This document shows positions 1-12,500 of a stretch of 64,000 nt of DNA, in pieces. Both the position numbers and the translations under genes were made by a program. Position 1 is the first letter of the stretch, and every line of letters starts with the position of its first letter. The notes below the pieces were generated by a model. That model did not search any database, was not told where the DNA came from, and worked only from the letters and a program-made list of their open reading frames with translations. Source of the stretch: Hydrolagus affinis (taxonomy: Eukaryota); NCBI GenBank assembly GCA_012026655.1, contig JAAILG010000235.1, forward strand, positions 1-64,000, given 5' to 3'.

Positions 1-934
1 CAATGATTGATCGAATAAATACAACACAATAATAATTTGGTCACTCAGTCCACGACAGTGTTTGTGGGACACTGCTGTCGCGCTTCACCCACAAAAGACA
101 GTCATTACATTTACAGTACTTTCTGTAACGTGCTCTGAGGCTGCTCAATAATGTGATAAGGTGTGAAATCAAATGCAAGGGTTATTATTATTCAGACTTC
201 TAATTGGAAATGCCAGCTTTTGTTTATTTTCTGCAATGATCCAGTGCTTTGCTTTATGAAGTTATTTATCTGTCCTTGAAACTATTATCAATTCTCGCTG
301 CAAAACGCATCCAACAATAACGTTAGGATGAAATATTACCACTGCAGGGAATTAGATGATTTGCTGGGTTAGTGGATCAGGAAACATTTCGATGCCTGGG
401 TCTCAAGTAGATACCGTATTGTATTTATCCTGCTACAATCACATTGATGCAAACACAGTCACTAAATTTCACAGTAAATCCTGTTAAGTCCTTTGAGATA
501 TTTCAATGATACGATAAGGCACTTTATCAAGTATAATAATCCTTGATACAGCGCCTTATCATCTTGTTAAGAGTCTGAAAGTTTTTCACGGAATATACTA
601 TAAAGTAGACTGTATATTTTTGTGAGCGAAACACAGTAGCCAGTTGTCCACAGCAGTGTCCCACAAACAGTCGTGGATTGACTGACCAATTCTTTTTTAA
701 AGCGATCCATCAATCGAACGGTAACCAGGTTCGGACTTACTGCTCAGTAAAAACAATGTTTATAAAGAGACTGCTTTCCTTTCTATTTCAGAGCTGGCTG
801 TTGGCATCTTTCTGGTCTTGCCGGTGAGAATACTTTGGGCTGCCTATGTTTATATAGGTACTGTATATCAGTCAATGCCACGGATAATAAGGCAGATCTG
901 AAACACAGCTCTGAGATCATTGCCAATATCAACC

Positions 935-1315
935 AGAATAAAATTACACTTGTATAGTGGCTTTTATGTTGGGAAGACGTCCCAAGGCACTGGATAGTCA
1001 ATGATTCAGACCCAAGCTGAGGTCGAGGACAGGAAGGGTGGGTATTTGGGGGTGACTGATGGGACCGTCGAAGAGGAGGGCCTTGAGGCGAGACTTGAAG
1101 GAGGCCAATAAGAGAGCGAGGCGGACAGACTGCGGGATGGAGTTCGAGAGGTTGGGAACAGATGGCTGAAGGCTCGCTCGCCAATGGCTGAGTGGGTGGG
1201 TCGGGGGACGTGGAGCAGACGGCAGCCTGCTGAGCGGAGGGGCAGGCAGGTTGGTAGGGGGTTAGGAGGTCGCAGAGGTAGGGTGGGGGAGGCCATGGAG
1301 GGCTTTGAATGTGAC
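935..1315 (-). mobile_element. L2 LINE 3' fragment
   Basis: Minus ORF remnant SHSKPS/GERAFSHL..; L2 tail at ~940-990. Confidence 0.8.
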
Positions 1316-1590
1316 AATAAACCAGTAGAAATACGTGACTAAATATTTTATTGGGGCTTTATTTAATTGACTGTTCATTTCACCTTCAACTATGTGTCAA
1401 TTGAACCCTCGCTGCAATCTTCCTGAATATCTAGGATTGTGAACACATTGTCAACACATCTCACTAAGAGTATTGTAATGCAGGCATATTGAAATGCATA
1501 TGTCATTTCATCAGAGACTAATTGTGCTGAATTTTCTTTTAGCGAAGACGTTAAGTAATTAAGTCTCTGTGCCCGGCACAATGTTTTACT

Positions 1591-1725
1591 AAACACAAAA
1601 TACTACAGATGCTGGGAATCTGAAACAAAAACAAAAGTTGCTGAGGAAACTCAGCAGATCAGGCAGCATCCATGGAGAAAGGAAAATGAGTCAACATTTC
1701 GGGTCTACAACCCTTCGTCAGAACC
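1591..1725 (-). mobile_element. Short Penelope-like non-autonomous element with 12-bp target-site duplication
   Basis: CAATGTTTTACT at 1579-1590 and 1726-1737; related copies elsewhere in the window; contains a hammerhead core. Confidence 0.7.
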
Positions 1726-1726
1726 C
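1688..1726 (-). ncRNA. Minimal type-I hammerhead ribozyme motif
   Basis: Minus strand reads GGGUU-CUGACGA-A-GGGU(UGUAG)ACCC-GAAA-UG-UU^GACUC: both conserved core boxes, stem II, and a 5-bp stem I. Confidence 0.65.
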
Positions 1727-2179
1727 AATGTTTTACTGCACTGCTTTTCATGTTAATGTTTCAAAGCGCTTCACAGGATATACTTTACAGTTAAGTGTCG
1801 TGACTGTGTAAGACCAGATTGATGGGGTTCGCTTGCCCTGTTCACAACATAACGTTATTAAGCTTTGGATCTTTGCTTCAACAATAGGATCCGAAGACTG
1901 GAGCTGCTGAGACCAAGGCAAGCCAGTTTGATTTTGACGCCCATTGTGGAGTTTGGCAAGAATTACCACTTGACAACGAGCAATGAAATTAGCTCTTGAT
2001 GAACTGCCATCAGGTCCTCCCTTCCAATCAGCCTTTGAGATATTTCCAATCAGCACACTGTGGCTTTTGAAACCACGGGAAGTAAACACATAGGCACTTT
2101 CCTGGCAACATTTCGAGAGCCTCTGTAATAGAACACAGCTGTGAAACGAATGCAGTACATTAACGAAGCAAAGCATCGT

Positions 2180-2560
2180 CGTCCGAACAGGATAAGATGA
2201 GAAGATGAACAGTGGGGCTAAATTCCAAATACTACTACTACAGCGAACACAGGTTTGGTGGTTCCAATTCGGAAAACAACAACAACAACATAATTACACT
2301 TGGGATAGCGCCTTTCACGTCAGGAGGATGTCCCAAGGCACTAGTTCCAATTCGGAAAAACGACTTCAGTGAGCGAGTAGTAAATGCACGGAACAGGCTC
2401 CCTAGGGAGACCATGGAAGCAGAAAATGTCGATTCTTTCAAGAACAAGTTAGATCGATCTATTTTGGAAGATAAGATTTGGGGATACAATAAATAATTTG
2501 CGGCCGCCCGGATGGTGGAAGGTAAACTGGACGGACCTCGGTCTTCTTGGCCTATCAGAT
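2180..2560 (+). mobile_element. CR1-clade LINE 3' fragment interrupted by a short L2-tail insertion (2277-2343)
   Basis: RKNDFSERVVNARNRLPRETMEAENVDSFKNKLD is a CR1 ORF2 C-terminal signature; 16-bp duplication GTTCCAATTCGGAAAA. Confidence 0.8.
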
Positions 2561-4889
2561 GCTTATGTTTTTATAGTATGTATACTCCAGTACTGTCATT
2601 AGAACTCCATTAACTAAGTGAAATTCTGTGACTGATTGGACATTAATCAGAATTGCCTGATGTAACCTGACGCTTTTCCTGTGTATCTTTCCATAGAAGT
2701 TTGGCTGTTTTCCTGTGAGCTGTGCCCAGAGTACAAGCGAAGATACGAGAAGAAAATTATTGAAACAGTACACTCGGTAACACAATTGTGCTCCAACAAA
2801 TAATTATCATCTGTTCAATAATATAGAGTGCTTTTATAGAGTGCCCGTCACGCCAGACGGCATCTTAAATAAATTCACAATGATGCTCAAATACCAATGA
2901 ATTGAAGTGCAACAAAAGGTCTTTAAGTTTACATATTGTTTAACTAATATACACTTCTGGCCAGGATAATTTATTACTGTGTAAGGAGGTACTGTACTTC
3001 TCTTTTATGGTAGTAGTAAGCCAACAATAATAATGGTAACGAAGGCTACGATACCAGCATTATGAGCGATTGCTATATATCATCTGGATGTCATAAGATA
3101 AGGCAAGGGGGAGTGGGTGGGTGGGGTGGGGGTGGACGGTGATGGAGAGACAATGTTTATAATGAAAACTGCTGCAATTTCAGTTTTGAGAGCAATATAT
3201 TTTATCTCTAACATTGTAAATGATGTACTAAAAGAAAACATTTGAAACAGATAAGACACAATACTGCAGATGCGAGGAAAAAAAAAAAAATGACATCGGC
3301 TCAGTTTATTTAAAAAAATTATTATAACGTTTTTTTTTTAAAAAGTGACAAGCCAGATCCATTATTGATATCAAGCACAGCATTCACAGCTAGCAAAGCA
3401 TAATCCATCAACCTATTATGAAGCAGAAAACCTCCCACAGTTTTCTGCGCCCACAAGGGAATTGTACACTACACTTTTCAAAGTTTGTTTTCTTTTTCAA
3501 AGAAAAATCTGGTATGTTCGTCCCCACGGTGATTGCAATTCACTCACCACAAACTTTTTGCAGAGTGAGACGTGATTTTTAAGATGCTCAGGGTTCTCAA
3601 GTACAAACATTGGAAGAGTTGGGATTAACGTTTTGCCCACAAATATACAGTCAGTTCACTTTGCAGTGGAATCTGTGAAGCGCTTTGAGGCGTCTAGAAG
3701 ACGTGAAAAAAGCGCTGTGTCAAATGCAAGGATTATTAGAATTTTGCAATGACTGTGCAATTCTGTCCAGAGATTTGTTAAACCTCGGCAAAAAACAGAT
3801 GCATGGACCAACAACAAAAAAAACTACATTTGTATTTCACATTGGGAGGTCATCCCAAAGAGCTGGGGGTTGAGATGGATGGCAGGGAGGCCACGGGTAG
3901 GGGGTGACTGATGATGCCATCGAAGAGTAGGTCTTGAGATGGAGGCAATGGAGGGACAAGGAAGAACTTGAAACTCAAAGAATATAGAGAAGTGAAGGGT
4001 GCTGTTTGGGTGCCTTTGAAATTTCATCCCACAATCCCTCTGCCTCACCCCCGCTCTAGCCTCCTTCAAGTCCCACCTCAGCACCCTCCTCTTTGACAGT
4101 GCCTTTGGTCATTCCCCCCCTTTAACCCCCTTCCCTTCAACCTCCCTGACCCCAACTCCAACCCCAGATCGGGTCTGAAACACTGACTGTCCAGCCCCTT
4201 GGGATGTCCTCCCCAAACTTGCTGTTTGGCTTGACAAAATCTCATTATTGTCAGGAATCACCCATTATCTAACCTGGTTTCAATATTATACCGATGGAAT
4301 TATTTGACACAAAAAACACTGACAGAGGACCGTTCCCAAGGGCAATATTCCGCTGCCGTTTGAAAAACGTTTTGCAAGAAACTTTTGCAAACCCATGTAG
4401 AAGTTTTAGTCTCTGAGACGCTTGCTTTGAACTGCTCTTTGCCATTACAGTCACACATTGGATGTCATAAAAAAAGATCTTCGCTGTTGGATTATTAAAG
4501 TCTGCACGAGGATATTATCTGCACTTCTGATTTCACATTTTAATAACTCCGATGACATTTGTGCCAAAACATATCAAGCAGCTGAAAGAGCAAAAACATT
4601 CAAGCTCATATAACACTTATCATCCAGCTTATTGAAGAAAGTTCGTGACAAATGACAAGCGATTAGATGTTCCTTTCAAGGCAGCTTTTCAATATGGAAA
4701 GCATTCAATGAAAATATGCTGTCAATCAATCCATCGCAAACGAATGCATATAAGCACTAATAACCCAAGACCCTGTAGAATTTCAGAAGCCATGTTATTA
4801 CAGTTTATTACCGTGTCGGGCATTCAACGCAGCAGTCCTGGGAAAATGCAAAGAAATATTCTCGTAGCTCAGTTTCTTTCTTCTTCGGC

Positions 4890-5140
4890 AAAGATTGGAG
4901 ATTAAACGACTTTTGTTGGGAATCTGTCCCGCGTATTCACTGCTTTGTGAGGTTAAAAAAAACGACTTGTCTCGCTTAATCCTTGTTAATTCTGTACCTC
5001 TGTTCTCTCGTCTGTCCTCATATTCCAAGACAAAAGGTCTGCTAGTATCAACATCATCCATGCCTCTCAACATTATCTCTGCCTCCCTCATAATTTTCTT
5101 CTCCATTAAGAAAACTAGCAACAGAATCACCTCTTCAGGA
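4890..5140 (-). mobile_element. CR1-clade LINE ORF2 C-terminal remnant
   Basis: IMLRGMDDVDTSRPF..RG.. followed by FF.SQ(R.VN.W) type motif with frameshifts. Confidence 0.65.
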
Positions 5141-5171
5141 CTTAAGAATGGCTCAGAATCATACTCGTTTG

Positions 5172-5250
5172 TTCCTGCCTGACCCGCTGAGGGTTCGCAG
5201 CGACTTCTGTTTTTGTTTCATATTTACAGCGTCCGCAGTATTGTGCCTTC
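5172..5250 (+). mobile_element. Partial copy of the Penelope-like element
   Basis: ctgcctgacccgctgagggttcgcagcgacttctgtttttgtttca...cagtatt. Confidence 0.5.
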
Positions 5251-5589
5251 TTGTTTTTTCCCCTCCAGTGCATCAATAATAATAAAAATAATAAGCCTCG
5301 CATTTGACACAGAGCCTTATCACACCTTCGAGACGTCTCAAAGTGCTTCACAGAACAAGCTGAAGAGTGGATTGATGGTGTGCTCTTTCTAGTGGACGCC
5401 AGGCAGCAGACAATTGCGTTTGTTTTGAAGATTGAATTCCGAAATGATTGAGACTAATAATAATAATAATAATAATAATCCTTGCACTTGATATAGCGCT
5501 TTTCACATCTTCTAGACGTCTCAAAGCGCTTCATGGAATATACCGTAAAGTGAATTGACTGCATATTTGCGGGCGAATACTCCCAGCAC

Positions 5590-6050
5590 CTTCGTGCATC
5601 AGTCGCTGGCCGCATCAACCTCCATGGTTGCTCACTCGACCTCACCAAGCCAGTCAGGAACCTCGGCGTCTTGTTCGATCCTCAACTGTCTTTCCTGTCT
5701 CACATCCAAACAATGACTCACTCTGTCTTTCCCCATCTCCGCAAGATTGCCCTACTCCGCCACTACCTTACACCCAAAGCCACTCCGTGACCCCATCTCC
5801 CCCATCCTCGCCCGACTCCATTGGCTCCCCATCATCCAGAGGATCCAATTCAAGATCCTGGACCTCACATTCAAAGCCCTCCATAACCTTGCCCCATCCT
5901 ACATCCGTGACCATCTAATCCCTTACCAACCTGCCCGCCCGCTCCGCGCAGCAGGCTCTGGCGAGCGAGCCTTTAGCCACGTTGCCCCGCAGCCTCTGGA
6001 ATTCCGTTCGGCAGTCCCTCCGCCTCGCCCACTGCTCAACAGTCCCCTTC
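5590..6050 (+). mobile_element. L2 LINE fragment with internal deletions
   Basis: VRNLGVLFDPQLSF..., ISPILARLHWLPIIQRIQFKIL. Confidence 0.85.
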
Positions 6051-6361
6051 CATCGCTCCATGTATTTTTTAAAATCTACGACGTTCACTGTTGCTCTAAG
6101 TTTCCCCTAAAAGCAAATACACATTTCATCGCAATCCGACACTTCAGCAAATATCTCCCACCACTTGTTATTGAGCCTTTTTTTATATACCTTTATCGGT
6201 GTTAATGAGACACATACACAAATACCCCGGATATGGGCGTGCCACTGGGTGCTAATGAGTGCTTACAAGTTTCATTAAACAGAACCACAGAACATAGCCG
6301 CTTGACAATGTTTGGCAACGTTCGGAAGCTATTGCATAATCTTCGTCTGGGCTGCAAGGAG

Positions 6362-6528
6362 TTAATATTTCCCTCCCTTTATAGGAGGCAGCTGGCAAAC
6401 TGAAGGGGGTTTGTACCAGTCTTTCAATTTAACTTTCTTTGCCATCAGAGACACACAGATGGAAACCCAGTTGTAAAGATAATGGGCTAGAACTGAGCCC
6501 TCCTTCCATGCGTCCGAATACGTGATTT
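6362..6528 (-). CDS. EFCAB5: EFCAB5 last coding exon (ITYSDAWKEGSVLAHYLYNWVSIC...GGKY*)
   Basis: cctgttttctag acceptor in phase 1, TAA stop at 6364-6362. Confidence 0.88.
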
Positions 6529-9500
6529 CTAGAAAACAGGGAAAATTAGCAGAATGAGATAATAATAATAATAACAATCCTTGCATTCGATCTAGCCATT
6601 TTCACGTCTTCTATACGTCTCAAAGTGCTTCACAGAATATACTGTAAAGCGAATTGACTGTATATTTGTGGGCAAGACGCGGCAGCCAATTGCGCACAGC
6701 GGTGTCCCACAAACAGTTGTGGATTGAAATTACCAATTTGTTATTATTTTATTGGAGGGGTTATTATTAGGCGTGTGTGTGGAGTAAGGAAACTTGTCCA
6801 AAGTTTCGCCCTGAATTGCCTGGATTCAAACACAGGTCTCACGCTTGTAAGGCGAGTGCTCTAACCACTGGCGCTTCAAGACTTCACGTGATCAATTTAT
6901 TATTGTTTTACAGCTGGAAATCATTTGTAACCTTAGCTACATATATGGTCACTTATAAATACCCAGTCACCACACTTTATAGAAACTTTGTGAAGCGTTA
7001 CGAGACTTCTTGACATTAAAGGTGCCGTGTCAAAAGCTTATTTATTGTTATCCACATTATAGTACAGTAGTTTGAGACACATTGATAAAATGTGGAATAA
7101 AACTAAATAATGTGGCATAATGTGTCAGCTAGTTGATTTATTTTGTATTCAGACGATTTGTATGAGTCTGTGAGTCTTTCAAGACACTATTTGAACCCAT
7201 CAAATGCAAGGATTACTTCCTACTGAACCTTCTCTCTGTCTCGTGCAAATCAGTTCTGTACACACTATGCGCTGGCAAATGACAGTGAGAAGAAAGCTGG
7301 TTGTAAAAAATCTTTGGCAAGTGAGAATCAATCATGAGTACATGGTGCTAAATGGTGGATCAGCTCTGCAATCTAACATTAGCGTACAGCTAACATACAG
7401 TTTATTGGTAAATGTGCATAAATCACTTAGGGTTTAAAATTTCCAGTATCACACGATAACAAAAGCCTGAGTAAATTCACTGCTCATCAAGTGATGCATA
7501 GCACCCCACATGTTCAGACAATGTTATTACACGCGTAGTTCAACAGTGAATTTGAGACTAGATTACCGGTGTAATGGGTTTTCTTTACACCCGCAAAATA
7601 CACAGTCACTTCACTTTACAGTATATTCTGTGAAGCGCTTTATAATAATAATCGTTGCTTTTGATATAGCGCTTTTCACGTCTGCTAGATGTCTCAAAGC
7701 GCTTCACAGAATATACTGTAAAGTGAATTGACTGTATATTTGTGGGCAAAACACAGCAGCCAGTTGCACATAGCAGTGTCCCACAAACAGTCTTGGATTG
7801 AAATGACCAATTTGATTATTGAGACGCTTTGAGATGTGTCAATGACTTGATCAGGCGCTATTATCTGATGCAAGGATTCTATTTATTAATCTTTTCAGTT
7901 CAGAGCGAGCCTTCCTGCCCGTATACTCCATATCAGCAGGAGTGGGAACTGGGAACAATTCAAAATAATTATTTACAGGGCAAACATGGATAATTTGTTT
8001 GCTCCTCACTCGAACGAATTGCAAGCCGCTATCTCGTCGTGGCTGAGACCAGTTAACTCAGCGCTGACTTGTAGTCGAATGATCATGTGCTATATCAGTG
8101 TCTTAACCTACTCAGGGATCGGGAGGGTTAGAAGATCTCATGCAGACTTACTTTGTAGCTGTTCTCCCACAACAAAACGGTCAACTGTCAGATTCGATGC
8201 AGTGGGGTCAAATTTGACAATCTGTTCAATAAATTTATCGTCCAGTTTCTGCAAAGAGAGGAAAACTTTCATTAGCATTTAATCATACCTCCAACCTGTC
8301 CCCAACTAGAAAAGAACTGCAAGACTGTACTCAACCAATCAATCAATCAATCAATCAATCCTTACATTTATATAGCGCCTTTCACGTCAAGAGGACGTCC
8401 AAAGGCGTTGCTTGAGATATTGTCATAAATTAATCAAGCTGATTAGCATTACAAAATCAGTACTGGATCTCCCTTTTCTTATCAATAACAACTTGAACTT
8501 ATATAGTGCCCTCCCCAACCCTGGATCAGAGTCAGGCTCCATCCCTCTGAGGCGCTATCCAGCCTGGAGGGTGTTATATAAGTGCAAGTTGTCGTTGTCA
8601 GTGGTGGTTAGTGAGTGTCTGCTCATGTTTAACAGGTTCCGGACTCCAAATTCCCCTGTGTGTGGCTGGCAGACTTGGATTTTTTTTTTAACCTGTTTGC
8701 ATTTTTCCCAGGTGAATTTAGCTTTCCATTTCGGTTCAATGAGGAGCAGGACTGCGGTGATGATTTTCTGGATCGCCAGCGGAGGCCGGTTGTAATCCTT
8801 GATCTTTTCAATTAACTCCGGATCGAGCCGTTGGATGTTTTTCCTCAGGTCCATTAGCATGCAACGCTCAAACATAATCTTGATTCGCTTCTGTACGTGT
8901 TTCTCTTCGGCCTCTAAAAAATGAACAAACAATTAAAGAGGAAAAAAAAAACGCAGAATGTGAATCCGTTAGAACGAATGCATCCTAACTTGACCTGTTC
9001 CCCACATTTATCTTAATCCCCACTAACAGCTAAAGTAAAATATGCCTCAACCACAGTTGCAGGAAAGGAGAACCCAATTCCTGACAACCAATTTGATCAA
9101 TGTAGCAAGTATAAAGCACAATATATGCATAATAATACAATGTCAATAGGAATTAAAACATTAAAAAATATCGCCTGTACAGTATTAGTATTTGTATATA
9201 GTGTCCTTCATGTCAGAAGGCTGTCTCAAAGTGCTTCGCAGGTTACAACAACGACAACAGAATTACATTTATAGAGCGCCCTTCACATCAGGAGGACGTC
9301 CCAAGGCCCTGAATAATTAGGGGGCCCGAGCGGGGGGGTGGGGGAGGAGGGGAGGGTAGGAGTAGGGGGAAGGGGAAGGAGAGTAGGAAGAGTTACGAGG
9401 GGAGCAGAAGGCACGGTCGAAGAGAAAGATCTTAAGACCGGCCTTGAAGGAGGAAAGGGAGGAAGTGAGGCGAAGAGATTGCAGGATGGAGTTACACTGT

Positions 9501-12500
9501 AAAGCGTAGAGACCATGTATTGTTTTTTTGCAGACAAAAGTCTACAGGTTGCGTCAGGTATGGGGCTCCAGAAGGATTGATTTGAGTTCAAGATGTCTGC
9601 CATCTGCCAGAAACAGTTGAAATTTGACGCTCATTCATACTTCTATCATTTTGTTATACGCTTAAAATGTGAGCCGGAACAATGTCCCCGGTTAGGTTAG
9701 GAATGCTCTAGGACGGCTAGTTAACCCACTTGAACAACAACAATAAAATTACACTTGTAGAGCGTCTTACGTGTAGGGAGGATGTCCCAAGGTGCTGAAC
9801 ATTCAGAGGTCAGGATCCGAGCATGTGGTGGTGGTGTAGCGGGGGGGGGGGGGCAGGGTTGGGATGAGGGAGGGCAACTGAAGGCACGGTCAAAGAGGAA
9901 AGTCTTGAGACCAGTCCTGAAGGAGGCAGGAGAGGGACCAAGGCAAAGGGATTGTGGGATGGAGTTCCAAAGCGTGGGGGCAGAGAGGCTAAAGGCCTGG
10001 CCGCCAATGGTAGGGTAGGTCGGGCGGGGGACATAGAATAAGACGGAGCATACTGAATGGAGGGAGTGGACAGGTTGATTAGGGGTTCAGCAGGTCATGA
10101 GAGGTACGAGGGGGTAAAGCCCCGGAGAGCCTTGAAAGTGAGGACAAGGATTTTGAATTCGAGTGAAGGGTGCTCTTTAAATGCAAGTTGTTGTAGTTGA
10201 GTAGGAATCAATATCCGATACCTAAAACTAAGACTCTTGAGTTGGGATCATCAATCTCCTTCAATATCTCCAGCGTAGACTTCTGAAGTATTTCCAACAT
10301 TTTAAACATGTTCCTGCATTCAAGCTCCGTCATCTCTCTTTGGCTTCCAAGGTTAATGACAATGACAGCAAAAGCTTTCGCTTCCAAGTTCCGAAGAGGC
10401 ACAACGATGAGCAGTTCTTCTTTTACCACAGTTATGATCTGCTCAGAAAACGCCGCACATTTAAAGAGGTAGTCTCTGTAGGGATGTGAAAGGAGGACAG
10501 CACTGAGGAAATGCGCCAAACAGCCAGATTAAATGGTCTCTTTCTACAAGGTATATTTCATCATTTGCTTCACTGATATGCTTGTGCATACAGTTCGCGT
10601 TATCGTCACATCTGTATAACTAAAAGCTTTGTATTATTGTTTCACAATGTTGTCCAGCTTAGAGAAACCCAGGCAAAGAGCCACGATCTTATAGAAGGGC
10701 GGAACAGGCTTGAGGGACCGAATGGCCTCTTCCTGTTTTCATGTTTCGATTAGATAGCAACTATGCCTCTGGGACTTTGAACCCCGACTCCCAACTCATA
10801 CACCTGAAACAACCAAAAGAGTGAACTTCCAATCACAGGTAAGGTTTGTAGATTTGTTCCATACTCTGAGTTTCGGGAATGGAATTTGGACTTGTCCAAA
10901 AGAAGTCCCTTTCAGCTGGTCTAAACCATCCATACTTTAAGTCATGTAAAGCCAGAGCAGAACTTTACTGTCTTACCAACCTGAACAGATTGTCCTTCCT
11001 TTTCAGTATAATTGGAGTCGTGTGCACGTCTACGGTTCCTTTGACATTATCTGCTGTCATACTCTTCTGCAATATGAACTCCTTTGGGTATGGGAAAGAG
11101 AGGGGTTAGCTGAGAGGAACGTGGTTGATGATTGCACTATACCAGCTAGCTCCCTCGGTCATTGGAACCAGAGTTTTAAGCATCACGATTTTCCCCCCTA
11201 AGATGTAAGAATGGAACTCAATCACCAGCTTAGAAGCTCCAGCGGTTGAGTAATGTACCAGAGCTGCCTTCAGTGAGGTTCTGTGAGTTTCAATTGCTCC
11301 CTTAATAATACTCAGATTTAGATCCCTAATAAGAGGTTTTAACAGATGAGGACTTGATGTACAGGCGTTCATCCTCAATCAATCTTACCCAATTTAGCAG
11401 ACGTGAAGTTGACTAATACACTGAGAAAAGGTATGTTGAAGGGAGTACCTTAGGACTAACACAGTCAACGAAGTACAGATTGAGAGATTTGATGGTGGTT
11501 GACCTTTGATGGATCCAGGACAACGCAGCTTCCAAAACTTGCAGAACGCTCCTCTGGGTTTGCACATAATGGTAGGCAATACTAAATGCTTTGGTGACGC
11601 CCTGAAGAATAAATTCCAAAAAGTGACTGTGAATTTTTAGCATCAAACATTATACAGTACCCTTGTGTGCACTGCATGCTTTGCTCAGCACAGTGATACA
11701 GTCTGTGGTACCCCCTGTGTTAAAACATTGTCATTGCCATTAGCCTCTTGGTACCAAATTCTGTACCAGGATTCAAATGCAGTAGAAGAGCATATTAACA
11801 AAACAGCTGGACTTCAATTTTGCCTCCAGGACAGCAGATAATAATAATAATGCCTGAATTTGGTACAGTTCCTTATCATTGAGACATCTCAAAGCACTTC
11901 ACAGAATGTATTGTAAAGTGAATTGGCTGTTTATTTTGTGAGCGAAACCCGGCAGCCAATTGTGTGCAGCATTATCCCACAAACAGTCGTAGATTGAGTG
12001 ACCAATTTATTATTATTTTTTTTTGAAAGGGATGATTTCGTCGGCCAAGTTCTGGGGTGGGGGGGTGGGGGGGGTGGGGGGGGCGGGTAGGAGGAGTGGG
12101 GTGGTGGGGTGGTGGGGGGGAGGGAGAATGGCCTAATTATCAAACTTCTAAATTACCAGCGTGTCACCTCGTAACACATTTTGTGTAATACTGCAGTTAT
12201 TAAATGGTGAAAATTCCACACAGGAACCTGACCTCAGCCTCACCTGGTAAAAGTTGATCTCATGATTCATGAAGACCTTATCCTTACAGGGGTCTCTAAT
12301 CGTGTCAATCGCCAAGATTCCAAACACTCTCCTATTCAAATCTTTTATTGGGATCACAATGAAGGCACCTTCTACTTTTTCCCGTTTGCAGTTCCAACTG
12401 TGGACACCTCCATGATCCTGAATTCGGGGAATATAGATTGTTTTCCCTTCGTCAACTGCATGAAAGCTGGGTTTAAAAAATAAGCGGGGAAAAAAAAAAA

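Noticed and set aside
1748-2176. 142-aa minus-strand ORF
   Set aside because: Non-ATG start, ends in a SINE tail fragment, no recognisable motif; a small exon within it cannot be excluded
1-6300. Expected syntenic neighbour NSRP1 / miR-423 downstream of EFCAB5
   Set aside because: No matching exon, CpG-island promoter or hairpin recognised in this interval
12055-12125. G-run tracts with G-quadruplex potential (also ~3108-3135, 9330-9375, 56207-56229)
   Set aside because: Common simple or L2-associated G-rich tracts with no supporting context
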